Assembly: GCA_963754305.1 (NCBI GenBank)
Contig: CAVWFR010000026.1
Span: 42,606 to 106,605 of the forward strand
Direction of reading: 5' to 3'
DNA length: 64,000 bases
Origin: an uncultured beta proteobacterium
Lineage (GTDB): Bacteria; Pseudomonadota; Gammaproteobacteria; Burkholderiales; SG8-39
Every line of letters begins with the position of its first letter. The first letter of the stretch is position 1. The translations under genes and the position numbers were made by a program. The notes beneath the pieces were generated by a model. It did no database searches. It saw only the letters and a program-made list of their open reading frames with translations, and was not told the DNA's origin. Positions 56,883 to 64,000 of the stretch are shown here, piece after piece.

Positions 56883-57938
56883 ATGGCCGCGCGCTTCCGC
56901 GTCGGGCTCGCGCCCGATCTGCTCGATGCTGCGGGCAATCCGACGTTCGGTGCCGAGAACTTCGCGGTTCTCGACAGCGCGCCGGAGATCGAACGCGCAT
57001 GGCTGCCCGAACGGCACCGCGAGATCCCGCCCGCGCTCGCGCTCGAGTACGACGCGCTCTATCTCACCCAGGCGCGGGTGACCCGCGCGTCGGTGGCGCG
57101 CGCCGCCGAAGGCCGGCTGAAGGTGATCGCGCGGCACGGCGTCGGGTACGACTCGGTCGACGTGGCGGCGATGACCGAGGCCGGTGTGATCGTCACGAAC
57201 ACGCCCTTCGCGATCCGTCGGCCGGTGGCGACGATCGCGATGACGTTCGTGCTCGCGCTCGCGGGGCACCTCTTCACCAAGGATCGCCTTACGCGCAGTG
57301 GCCGCTGGGACGAGCGCACGAGCTACATGGGCACCGGGCTCACCGGGCGCATGCTCGGCATCGTGGGCGGCGGCGGGATCGGGAAGGAGCTCATCCCGCT
57401 CGCGCGCGCGTTCGACCTGCGGGTGGCGGTCGCCGATCCGTACGTTCCGGCGGCGGACATCGAGCGGCTGGGTGCGACGCTCGTGCCGCTCGACACGATG
57501 ATGGCCGAGAGCGACTTCGTCGTCGTCGCGTGTCTCTTGAACGAGCAGACACGCGCGCTGATCAACGCCGAGCGTCTCGCCTCGATGAAGGCGACCGCTT
57601 ATCTCATCAACGTCGCGCGCGGCCCGATCGTGCACGAGCCCGCGCTCATCGAAGCGCTGCGTGCGCGTCGGATCGCGGGCGCGGCGCTCGACGTCTTCAC
57701 CAACGAACCGGTCGAGAATGACAACCCGCTGCTCGCGATGGACAACGTAATCGTGACGCCGCATGCGCTCTGCTGGACCGACGAGTGCTTCGGCAACATC
57801 GCTTGCGAAGGATTCTCCGGGCTCGTTTCGCTGGCGCGCGGACTGGCGCCGCCGAATGTCGTCAACCGCGAGGTGCTCGCGCACCCGCGGGTGAAGGCGT
57901 GGGTGAAGGGCGACGTGCGAAACCGCCGCGAGGGTTGA
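56883..57938 (+). CDS. D-isomer-specific 2-hydroxyacid dehydrogenase family protein
   Basis: 351-aa ORF with NAD-binding ..LGIVGGGGIGKELIPLARAFDLRVAVADPY.., ..LINVARGPIV.., ..DVFTNEP.., ..VTPHA.. . Confidence 0.85.
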   Translation: MAARFRVGLAPDLLDAAGNPTFGAENFAVLDSAPEIERAWLPERHREIPPALALEYDALYLTQARVTRASVARAAEGRLKVIARHGVGYDSVDVAAMTEAGVIVTNTPFAIRRPVATIAMTFVLALAGHLFTKDRLTRSGRWDERTSYMGTGLTGRMLGIVGGGGIGKELIPLARAFDLRVAVADPYVPAADIERLGATLVPLDTMMAESDFVVVACLLNEQTRALINAERLASMKATAYLINVARGPIVHEPALIEALRARRIAGAALDVFTNEPVENDNPLLAMDNVIVTPHALCWTDECFGNIACEGFSGLVSLARGLAPPNVVNREVLAHPRVKAWVKGDVRNRREG

Positions 57939-57956
57939 GCGGGCTCCCCGACTCCG

Positions 57957-58958
57957 TCACGCAAACCGCAATCCCAGCCGGAGCAGCTCGTCCCAGGGGT
58001 TCCCCTTCGCGAGCCCCTTGATCGTCCGGTCGATCGCTGCGGCGTGGGCGAGCGCCGCTTCGAGCGCCTCGCGCGCCATTCGCCGCGCGGCCGCGCCGAC
58101 GAGCCGCTGGCGCGCATCGCCCCAGACGCGCGCCTCGCGGAGGAGCTCTGCGACCTGGCGTCCCGCGGCGAGCCCCGCGCGCACGCGCAGCACTGCGCGC
58201 ACGTCCTCGGCCATGACCCAGAGCACCCGCGGCGGCGCCTCGCCTTCGCCGGCGAGGCCGTCGAGCACGCGCGCCAGGCGCACCTTGTCGCCGGCGAGCA
58301 TCGCCTCCGAGAGCTGCGACACTTCGAACCGCGCGACGTCGAGCACCGCATCGCGCACCTGCTCGAACGAGAGCTCGCCCGCCGGATAGAGCAGGCCGAG
58401 CTTCTGGATCTCCTGGTGCGCGGCGAGGAGATTTCCCTCGACGCACTCGGCGATGAAGGCGAGCGCGCTTTCGGCGGCGCGCTGCTTCTGGCGCGCGAGG
58501 CGCGCGCCGACCCAGAGCGGCAGCTGCTTGCGGTCCACGGGGAAGACGTTCACGACCACGCCCCCGGCGGCCAGCGCGCCGAACCAGGCGGAGCCCTGCC
58601 CCGCGCGATCGAGACGCGGCAGCGACACGAGCGTGAGCGTGTCGTCGGGCAGCCGGCCGCAGTACTTCGCGATCGCCTCCGCGCCGTCGGTGCCCGGCTT
58701 GCCGGTGGGGATCCGCAGCTCGACGATCCGCCGGCTCGCGAAGAGCGACAGCGATGCCGCGGCCATGGCGAGGCGGCTCCAGTCATAGCCCCGCTCGACG
58801 AGATGGACCTCGCGCTCGCCGTGGCCCTCGGCGCGCGCCTTCGCGCGGATCGCATCCGCCGCCTCGAGCGAGAGCAGCGGCTCGTCGCCATGGACGACGT
58901 AGAGGGCGCTCGAGCCGCGAGCGAGGTGGGCCTCGAGCTGGTCGCCGCGCAGCTGCAA
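57957..58958 (-). CDS. holA: DNA polymerase III subunit delta
   Basis: 333-aa ORF: MQLRGDQLEAHLARGSSALYVVHGDEPLL... in the canonical position after lptE. All-helical C-terminal domains. Confidence 0.85.
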   Translation of the reverse strand: MQLRGDQLEAHLARGSSALYVVHGDEPLLSLEAADAIRAKARAEGHGEREVHLVERGYDWSRLAMAAASLSLFASRRIVELRIPTGKPGTDGAEAIAKYCGRLPDDTLTLVSLPRLDRAGQGSAWFGALAAGGVVVNVFPVDRKQLPLWVGARLARQKQRAAESALAFIAECVEGNLLAAHQEIQKLGLLYPAGELSFEQVRDAVLDVARFEVSQLSEAMLAGDKVRLARVLDGLAGEGEAPPRVLWVMAEDVRAVLRVRAGLAAGRQVAELLREARVWGDARQRLVGAAARRMAREALEAALAHAAAIDRTIKGLAKGNPWDELLRLGLRFA

Positions 58959-58966
58959 CGCCGGCG

Positions 58967-59548
58967 CTACTCGTCGTCCGGCGCCGCGGGCTTGGCCTTG
59001 GCGAGCCGGCGGATGATCTGCTGGACCATGTCGGAGCGCATCTCGGCGTAGAGCTGCCCCTCCTCGACCTCCTTTGCGAGCACCTGGTCGTTGAACGTGA
59101 TGTCGCGCGTGAGTACGACCGAGGTCGGCGGGATGTAGTCGAGGCCCTTCGGGTTCGACAGCCGGTAGACCACGCGGTAGCGCAGCTGGTATTCCCGCAC
59201 CCGCCCCTGGGTGTTGAGCGAGAGGATCACCTTCTCCTGCTGCTCGGTGAGTACGGTCAGGATCGCGTCGGCTTCCGCCGGGGTCGGAACGAGCTTGGTC
59301 TCAGTGCTCGCGGCGACGATGTTCCGCCGCAGCTCGAAGACGAGCGGCGTCGTCTGGGGCGCGCTGATCGTCTCGAACGGGAACGTTTGCTGCCCCCGGA
59401 GCTTGAAGCCGCAGCCCGCGACCGAGAGCGCCGCGCAAGCGAGCAACGCGAGCGCGACACGGCGCGGAAGGTCGCCGTCCCGGTGTACGCCGGTACCCCG
59501 GGCGTGGATTCCGGCGTTCGCCGGAATGACGAATCTAGACCACGACAT
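58967..59548 (-). CDS. lptE: LPS-assembly lipoprotein LptE (N-terminus uncertain; a REP-like palindrome lies within the first codons)
   Basis: ORF from ATG 59548, overlapping the leuS stop by 14 nt. Lipobox ..[22 protein letters not shown] is typical of LptE/RlpB. There is no other plausible in-frame start except TTG just before the lipobox. Codons 6-16 ([11 protein letters not shown]) are encoded by the palindrome at 59506..59530. Confidence 0.8.
   Translation of the reverse strand: MSWSRFVIPANAGIHARGTGVHRDGDLPRRVALALLACAALSVAGCGFKLRGQQTFPFETISAPQTTPLVFELRRNIVAASTETKLVPTPAEADAILTVLTEQQEKVILSLNTQGRVREYQLRYRVVYRLSNPKGLDYIPPTSVVLTRDITFNDQVLAKEVEEGQLYAEMRSDMVQQIIRRLAKAKPAAPDDE
59506..59530 (-). 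repeat. REP-like 25-nt palindromic element, copy 3
   Basis: GGATTCCGGCGTTCGCCGGAATGAC is identical to copy 1. It lies just downstream of the leuS stop and inside the annotated 5' end of lptE. Confidence 0.85.
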
Positions 59549-62189
59549 TGATCAACCTCCCCGGCACCACCACTACCTTCTTCGGCGCCTGCCCATTGGT
59601 GTGCCGCTGGACCGCATCGTTCTCGAGCGCCAGCCGCTCGAGCGCCGCGCGATCGGCGGTTTTCGGCGCCCGCAAATGGCCGCGGAGCTTGCCGTTGACC
59701 TGCAGCACGAGCTCGACCTCGTCGGTTTCCAGCGCGGACTGGTCGACCTCCGGCCATGGTGCAGCCATGATGTCACCGAACTGCCGCTCAAACCCCAGCT
59801 CGGCCCACAGCTTGTGGGTCACATGCGGCACGATCGGGTGGATGAGTCGCAGAAGCACCCCGACACCTTCGTTGAGGAGCTGCCGCCTCGCGTTCAAAGG
59901 CCGCCTTGGCGCGGTAGCATCCAAGGGCGATAGGTCGTCGAGCGGCAGTTTCTCCAGGATATTGAGTATCTTCATCCCGGCCGACGCAACGGTGTTGAAC
60001 TGCATCCGCCCGTAGTCGTAGTTTGCTTGGCTCAGGATGCGGTGGACCTCGGCTCGTTTCTCTCGCAGCACCGGCTCTTCGTTCGACCAGTCAGCGACTC
60101 GCGTGACCACTGGAGCAGGCGCGATGCACGCTTTGTTCCTGTAGCAGAAATCCCACAGACGGCGCAGAAAACGGTGGGAGCCCTCGACGCCCGCATCCGA
60201 CCACTCGAGCGTTTGCTCGGGGGGGCTGGTGAAAATGATGAAAAACCGCGCGGTGTCGGCGCCGTAGTGCTCGATCAGTTCCTGGGGGTCGACGCCGTTG
60301 CGGCTCGACTTGGACATCGTCGAGATGCCGGCGTAGTCCACCGGCAGTCCATCGGACTTCGCGCGCGCCCCCGTCACCCGGCCTGCCTCGTCGTGGACGA
60401 TGTCGAGCTCCTCGGGCGCGAAGAACGTGCGCTTGCCCTTCTCGTCGGTGCGCAGGAACACGTGATTCAGCACCATGCCCTGAGTGAGGAGATGCGAGAA
60501 CGGCTCGTCGAACGAGACGAGACCCAGGTCGCGCATCACCTTCGACCAGAAACGCGCGTAGAGGAGGTGCAGGATCGCGTGCTCGATGCCGCCGATGTAC
60601 TGGTCGACCGGGAGCCAGTACTTCACGCGCTCGTCGACCATCGCCTGCGCCTGGTCCGGGCAGGCGAAGCGCACGAAGTACCACGACGAGTCCACGAACG
60701 TGTCCATCGTGTCGGTCTCGCGCCGCGCGCCGCCGCCGCACTGCGGGCACTTGCAGTCCAGGAACGACGGCGTCTTCGCGAGCGGGTTGCCGGTGCCGTC
60801 GGGCACCAGGTTCTCCGGTAGCGCCACCGGCAGGTCCTTGTCGGGCACCGGCACGTCGCCGCAGGTTGGGCAGTGGATGATCGGCACCGGCGTACCCCAG
60901 TAGCGCTGCCGGGAGATCCCCCAGTCGCGCAGGCGCCACTGCACTTGCTTGCCGCCGAGCCTCTTCGCCGCGATATCCGCCGCGATTGCATCGACCGCCT
61001 CGCGGTAGCCGAGCCCGTCGTACTTGCCGGAGTTGATGCACCGGCCGTAGTCGGCGTACCACGGCTGCCACGCATCGGCGGAGAACGGCTTGCCGGCCAC
61101 GTCTATCACCTGCTTGATCGGCAGCCCGTACTGCTTCGCGAACGCGAAATCGCGCTCGTCGTGTCCGGGCACGCCCATCACCGCACCCTCGCCGTATCCC
61201 ATCAGCACGTAATTGCCGACCCAAACCTCGATGCTCTCGCCGGTGAGCGGGTGCGTCACGGAGAGCCCGGTCGGCATGCCCTTCTTGTCGATCATCGCGA
61301 GGTCGGCTTCCATCACGCTGCCGCGCTTGCATTCCGCCACGAACGCGGCGATCCTCGGATCGCGCTTCGCGGCGTGCGCGGCGAGCGGATGCTCCGCCGC
61401 GACCGCGCAGAACGTGACGCCCATGATCGTGTCGGCGCGGGTCGTGAAGACGCGCATCACTTTCCGCTCGCCGTCGAGCGTGTACGGAAAGCCGAAGTTG
61501 ACGCCCTCGCTCTTGCCGATCCAGTTCGCTTGCATCAGCTTGACTCTCTCCGGCCACCCGGGGAGCTGGTCCAGATCGGCGAGCAGCTCCTCCGCGTACT
61601 TGGTGATGCGGAGGTAGTACATCGGGATCTCGCGCTTCTCCACCACCGCGCCGGTGCGCCAGCCGCGACCGTCGATCACCTGCTCGTTCGCGAGCACCGT
61701 CCGGTCGACCGGGTCCCAGTTCACCACGCCGGTATGCTTGTAGGCGATGCCCCGCTCGAGCATCCGCAGGAACAGCCACTGGTTCCAGCGGTAGTACTCG
61801 GGTGAGCAGGTGGCGAGTTCGCGCTCCCAGTCGATCGCGAACCCGAGCGACTGGAGCTGCTCCTTCATGTACGCGATGTTCTCGTAGGTCCACTTCGCCG
61901 GCGGCACGCCGTTCGCCATCGCCGCGTTCTCGGCCGGCAGGCCGAATGCGTCCCAGCCCATCGGCTGCAGCACGTTGTGGCCGCGCATGCGGTAGTAGCG
62001 GGTGAGCACGTCGCCGATGGTGTAGTTGCGCACGTGCCCCATGTGCAGCTTCCCCGAGGGGTAGGGAAACATCGAGAGGCAGTAGTACTTCGGCTTGCCC
62101 GGCGCCTCGACGGCGCGGAACGCGTGCGTGGCGTCCCAGTGGGCTTGCGCCTCGCGCTCCACCTTGGCCGGCTCGTACTGCTGCTCCAT
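59535..62189 (-). CDS. leuS: leucine--tRNA ligase
   Basis: ATG at 62189 inside ORF 59535..62894. About 884 aa: [45 protein letters not shown] (HIGH motif).. and ..[10 protein letters not shown] (KMSKS motif).. . Confidence 0.97.
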   Translation of the reverse strand: MEQQYEPAKVEREAQAHWDATHAFRAVEAPGKPKYYCLSMFPYPSGKLHMGHVRNYTIGDVLTRYYRMRGHNVLQPMGWDAFGLPAENAAMANGVPPAKWTYENIAYMKEQLQSLGFAIDWERELATCSPEYYRWNQWLFLRMLERGIAYKHTGVVNWDPVDRTVLANEQVIDGRGWRTGAVVEKREIPMYYLRITKYAEELLADLDQLPGWPERVKLMQANWIGKSEGVNFGFPYTLDGERKVMRVFTTRADTIMGVTFCAVAAEHPLAAHAAKRDPRIAAFVAECKRGSVMEADLAMIDKKGMPTGLSVTHPLTGESIEVWVGNYVLMGYGEGAVMGVPGHDERDFAFAKQYGLPIKQVIDVAGKPFSADAWQPWYADYGRCINSGKYDGLGYREAVDAIAADIAAKRLGGKQVQWRLRDWGISRQRYWGTPVPIIHCPTCGDVPVPDKDLPVALPENLVPDGTGNPLAKTPSFLDCKCPQCGGGARRETDTMDTFVDSSWYFVRFACPDQAQAMVDERVKYWLPVDQYIGGIEHAILHLLYARFWSKVMRDLGLVSFDEPFSHLLTQGMVLNHVFLRTDEKGKRTFFAPEELDIVHDEAGRVTGARAKSDGLPVDYAGISTMSKSSRNGVDPQELIEHYGADTARFFIIFTSPPEQTLEWSDAGVEGSHRFLRRLWDFCYRNKACIAPAPVVTRVADWSNEEPVLREKRAEVHRILSQANYDYGRMQFNTVASAGMKILNILEKLPLDDLSPLDATAPRRPLNARRQLLNEGVGVLLRLIHPIVPHVTHKLWAELGFERQFGDIMAAPWPEVDQSALETDEVELVLQVNGKLRGHLRAPKTADRAALERLALENDAVQRHTNGQAPKKVVVVPGRLINVVV

Positions 62190-62384
62190 CGCGCGTGGAC
62201 TCTGGTCCGAAAGCGCGAAATTATACCTGTGCAATACTGCCGCCCGGCGCGCATCCGCGGCCGGTATGCCGACGTAATAAGCCTCGAACGGGAATCGAAG
62301 GCAGAGAATCGCCGCTCCAGCGGTGATCCGGGGCCCGCGAAGGGAACGCGCCCCTATCGTCAAGACCAGAGAAGGAGCCCTGCA

Positions 62385-63254
62385 ATGACTCGCTTCTTGC
62401 CGATCGCCGCGCTGGCGGTTGCGGCCTTCGCCGCCAACGCACAGGAGCGCGCGCAGGCCGTCGTGGAGGGGGTCCAGATGCCCGCATGGGTCGAGCGGGA
62501 TGGCGCACGCGTGCCGCTCGCGCCCGGCGCCTCGCTCCGGTCGAACGACACGTTGCGCACCGGCGCCGATGCACGGCTCCTGGTGAAGCTCGCCGACGGC
62601 AGCGCGGTGAAGCTCGGCGAGAACGCGCAGCTCCGGCTGACGACGATCGAGACGCGCAAGGACAGCGTGTTCGTGTCGGTAATGAATGTCGCGCAGGGTG
62701 CTTTCAGGTTCACGACCGAGATCCTCGCGCGGGCACGGCGGCGCGACGTCAGCGTTACGGTGGCGACGGTGACGGCCGGCATCCGCGGCACGGATCTGTG
62801 GGGCAAAGCCGCGGCCGACCGCGACATCGTCTGCCTGATCGAGGGTCGGATCGAGGTCTCGCGCCAGGGCGACCCGACCATCACGATGGATCAACCGCTC
62901 TCCTTCTATATCGCTCCCCGAGGCCAGCCGCCGCTACCCGTCGGCCCTGTCAATCCCGATCAGCTCAAGCAGTGGGCGGCCGAAACCGAAATCGCGGACG
63001 GGAAGGGTGCCGCGCGGCGGGGCGGCCGTTGGAAAGTGGTGCTCGCCGCCGGCGAATCGGAGAACGAGGTGCTCAGGGTGTACCAGGACGTGCGCGCGGC
63101 GGGCTATCCAGCCGAACTTGACGTCCGTCGGGCCGAGGGCCGGCGCGCCTACGACGTCCGCATCGCGAGCTTGCCGTCGCGGGCGGAGGCCGAGGCGCTG
63201 GCCGGCCGCCTGACCGGGCAATTCGGTGTCATGGCGCCGCGCGTCACGCAGTAG
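62385..63254 (+). CDS. secreted FecR-domain protein with C-terminal SPOR domain
   Basis: ATG at 62385 (GAAGGAG upstream) inside ORF 61977..63254. Signal [19 protein letters not shown]. FecR-like ..[27 protein letters not shown].. . C-terminal ..[55 protein letters not shown].. resembles a SPOR repeat. Confidence 0.65.
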   Translation: MTRFLPIAALAVAAFAANAQERAQAVVEGVQMPAWVERDGARVPLAPGASLRSNDTLRTGADARLLVKLADGSAVKLGENAQLRLTTIETRKDSVFVSVMNVAQGAFRFTTEILARARRRDVSVTVATVTAGIRGTDLWGKAAADRDIVCLIEGRIEVSRQGDPTITMDQPLSFYIAPRGQPPLPVGPVNPDQLKQWAAETEIADGKGAARRGGRWKVVLAAGESENEVLRVYQDVRAAGYPAELDVRRAEGRRAYDVRIASLPSRAEAEALAGRLTGQFGVMAPRVTQ

Positions 63255-63550
63255 ACGGCCGCTTCGACTCCGGTCCGGGGAGCCGCGCGTTTACGGGGCA
63301 GGGCCATCCGACCAGGAGCCCCCGATGCACCGCGCGCTTCTCGCAAGGTCCGCGCCGCTATGGGGTTGGGGAACGGGCGGATGCCGAGTGTGCCTCCTCA
63401 CATCGTGAAAACGCGAGTGGACAACCCCAGCTCGCGCGCGACGACTACGCGAAGTACGGGCGGCTGATCCGCGAGCTCGCGATCAAGGGCGACTGAGACT
63501 GCCCCGCGAGGCGCGCGGCTCGCTCCGGGGCGCATGCGGCCGTGGCGCGG

Positions 63551-64000
63551 TTACGACCGCCGGCGCGCCGCGAGCACGGCCGCGAGCCGCGATGCTTCCT
63601 TCGCGTCCATCGTTATGCCCTTCTCGCCCGGGAACGCGCCGCGCTTCACGTCCCGGACGTAAGACTCGAACGCCTTCAGCATCTCGGTCCCGAGGTCGGC
63701 ATATTTCGCGGCCATCGACGGCGGCATGAGGGGAAAGGTGCCCACGATGTCGGTGATCGCCTGCAGCTCGCCATCGGTGTTCGGGCCGGAGCCGCTGCCG
63801 ATCAGCGGCACCCAGAGCTCGTCGCGGACCGCGGCGCACACTTCGGCAGGGCAGAAGCCGACTAGGATCGCGAATGCTCCGGCCTTCTCGAGGGCGAGCG
63901 CATCCTCGATCAGCTCGGCCACGTCCTCCGCGGTCTCGAGCCTGGCGGTACTGAGCGGTGTCAGTCCGAGATGGCCCATGACCCGCATGCCGTTCGCCGC
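63551..64000 (-). CDS. 3-methyl-2-oxobutanoate hydroxymethyltransferase (PanB) family protein; 5' end outside the window
   Basis: The minus-strand ORF ends at 63551 and continues past 64000. ..VMGHLGLTPLS.., ..DALALEKAGAFAILVGFCPAEV.., ..VPLIGSGSGPNTDGELQAITDIVG.., ..YVRDVKRGAFPGEK.. parallel the E. coli PanB C-terminal half as I remember it. It may be a paralogue rather than panB itself. Confidence 0.6.
   Translation of the reverse strand, partial: AANGMRVMGHLGLTPLSTARLETAEDVAELIEDALALEKAGAFAILVGFCPAEVCAAVRDELWVPLIGSGSGPNTDGELQAITDIVGTFPLMPPSMAAKYADLGTEMLKAFESYVRDVKRGAFPGEKGITMDAKEASRLAAVLAARRRS

Noticed and set aside
62190-62894. 5' extension of the leuS ORF (59535..62894) and the overlapping ORFs
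   Set aside because: The LeuRS sequence begins cleanly at [11 protein letters not shown] (62189). The upstream part is low complexity and overlaps the divergent FecR/SPOR gene and its promoter.

Overview
GC-rich chromosomal segment (roughly two-thirds G+C by eye, not computed). Gene content and order look betaproteobacterial, Burkholderiales-like. Support for that: four orphan Bug/TctC-type periplasmic binding proteins, and the housekeeping block leuS-lptE-holA ... proA-nadD-rsfS-rlmH-maf-rng. I support about 57 protein-coding loci. I recognised no rRNA, tRNA, CRISPR array, transposase or integrase.

Layout:
- 1-8.8 kb: DUF3302 protein, an outer-membrane (OM) barrel, an MFS transporter and a tripartite RND efflux operon.
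- 8.8-18.3 kb: a minus-strand accessory envelope block (AsmA-like giant protein, DUF900 lipoprotein hydrolase, DUF4105 membrane protein, MscS-family channel). It is bracketed and internally punctuated by duplicated gene 3' ends.
- 18.3-29 kb: DUF4239 protein, an XDH/CoxMLS-family molybdoenzyme, Bug proteins, guanine deaminase, cardiolipin synthase, a VOC protein and a second OM barrel.
- 29-36 kb: a propionyl-CoA to succinyl-CoA module (pccAB, meaB, mcm).
- 36-46.7 kb: DedA, a pyrophosphatase-like/PPK2 pair, assorted hydrolases, a TPR protein, a cytochrome P460-cupredoxin fusion, citryl-CoA lyase and an SDR.
- 46.7-64 kb: housekeeping genes interrupted by a CUT1-type ABC sugar transporter, then a FecR/SPOR protein and a partial panB-like gene.

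Main caveat: nine single-base frameshifts in seven unrelated genes, mostly at short G/C runs. This looks more like assembly indel error than biology.

I found no clear novel multi-gene system such as a defence or secretion locus. The most interesting items are:
- nested 3'-end duplications around a low-GC DUF4105/DUF900 two-gene island;
- a P460-cupredoxin fusion;
- two cases of bridging mini-ORFs created by intercistronic repeats or insertions;
- a small REP-like palindrome family.
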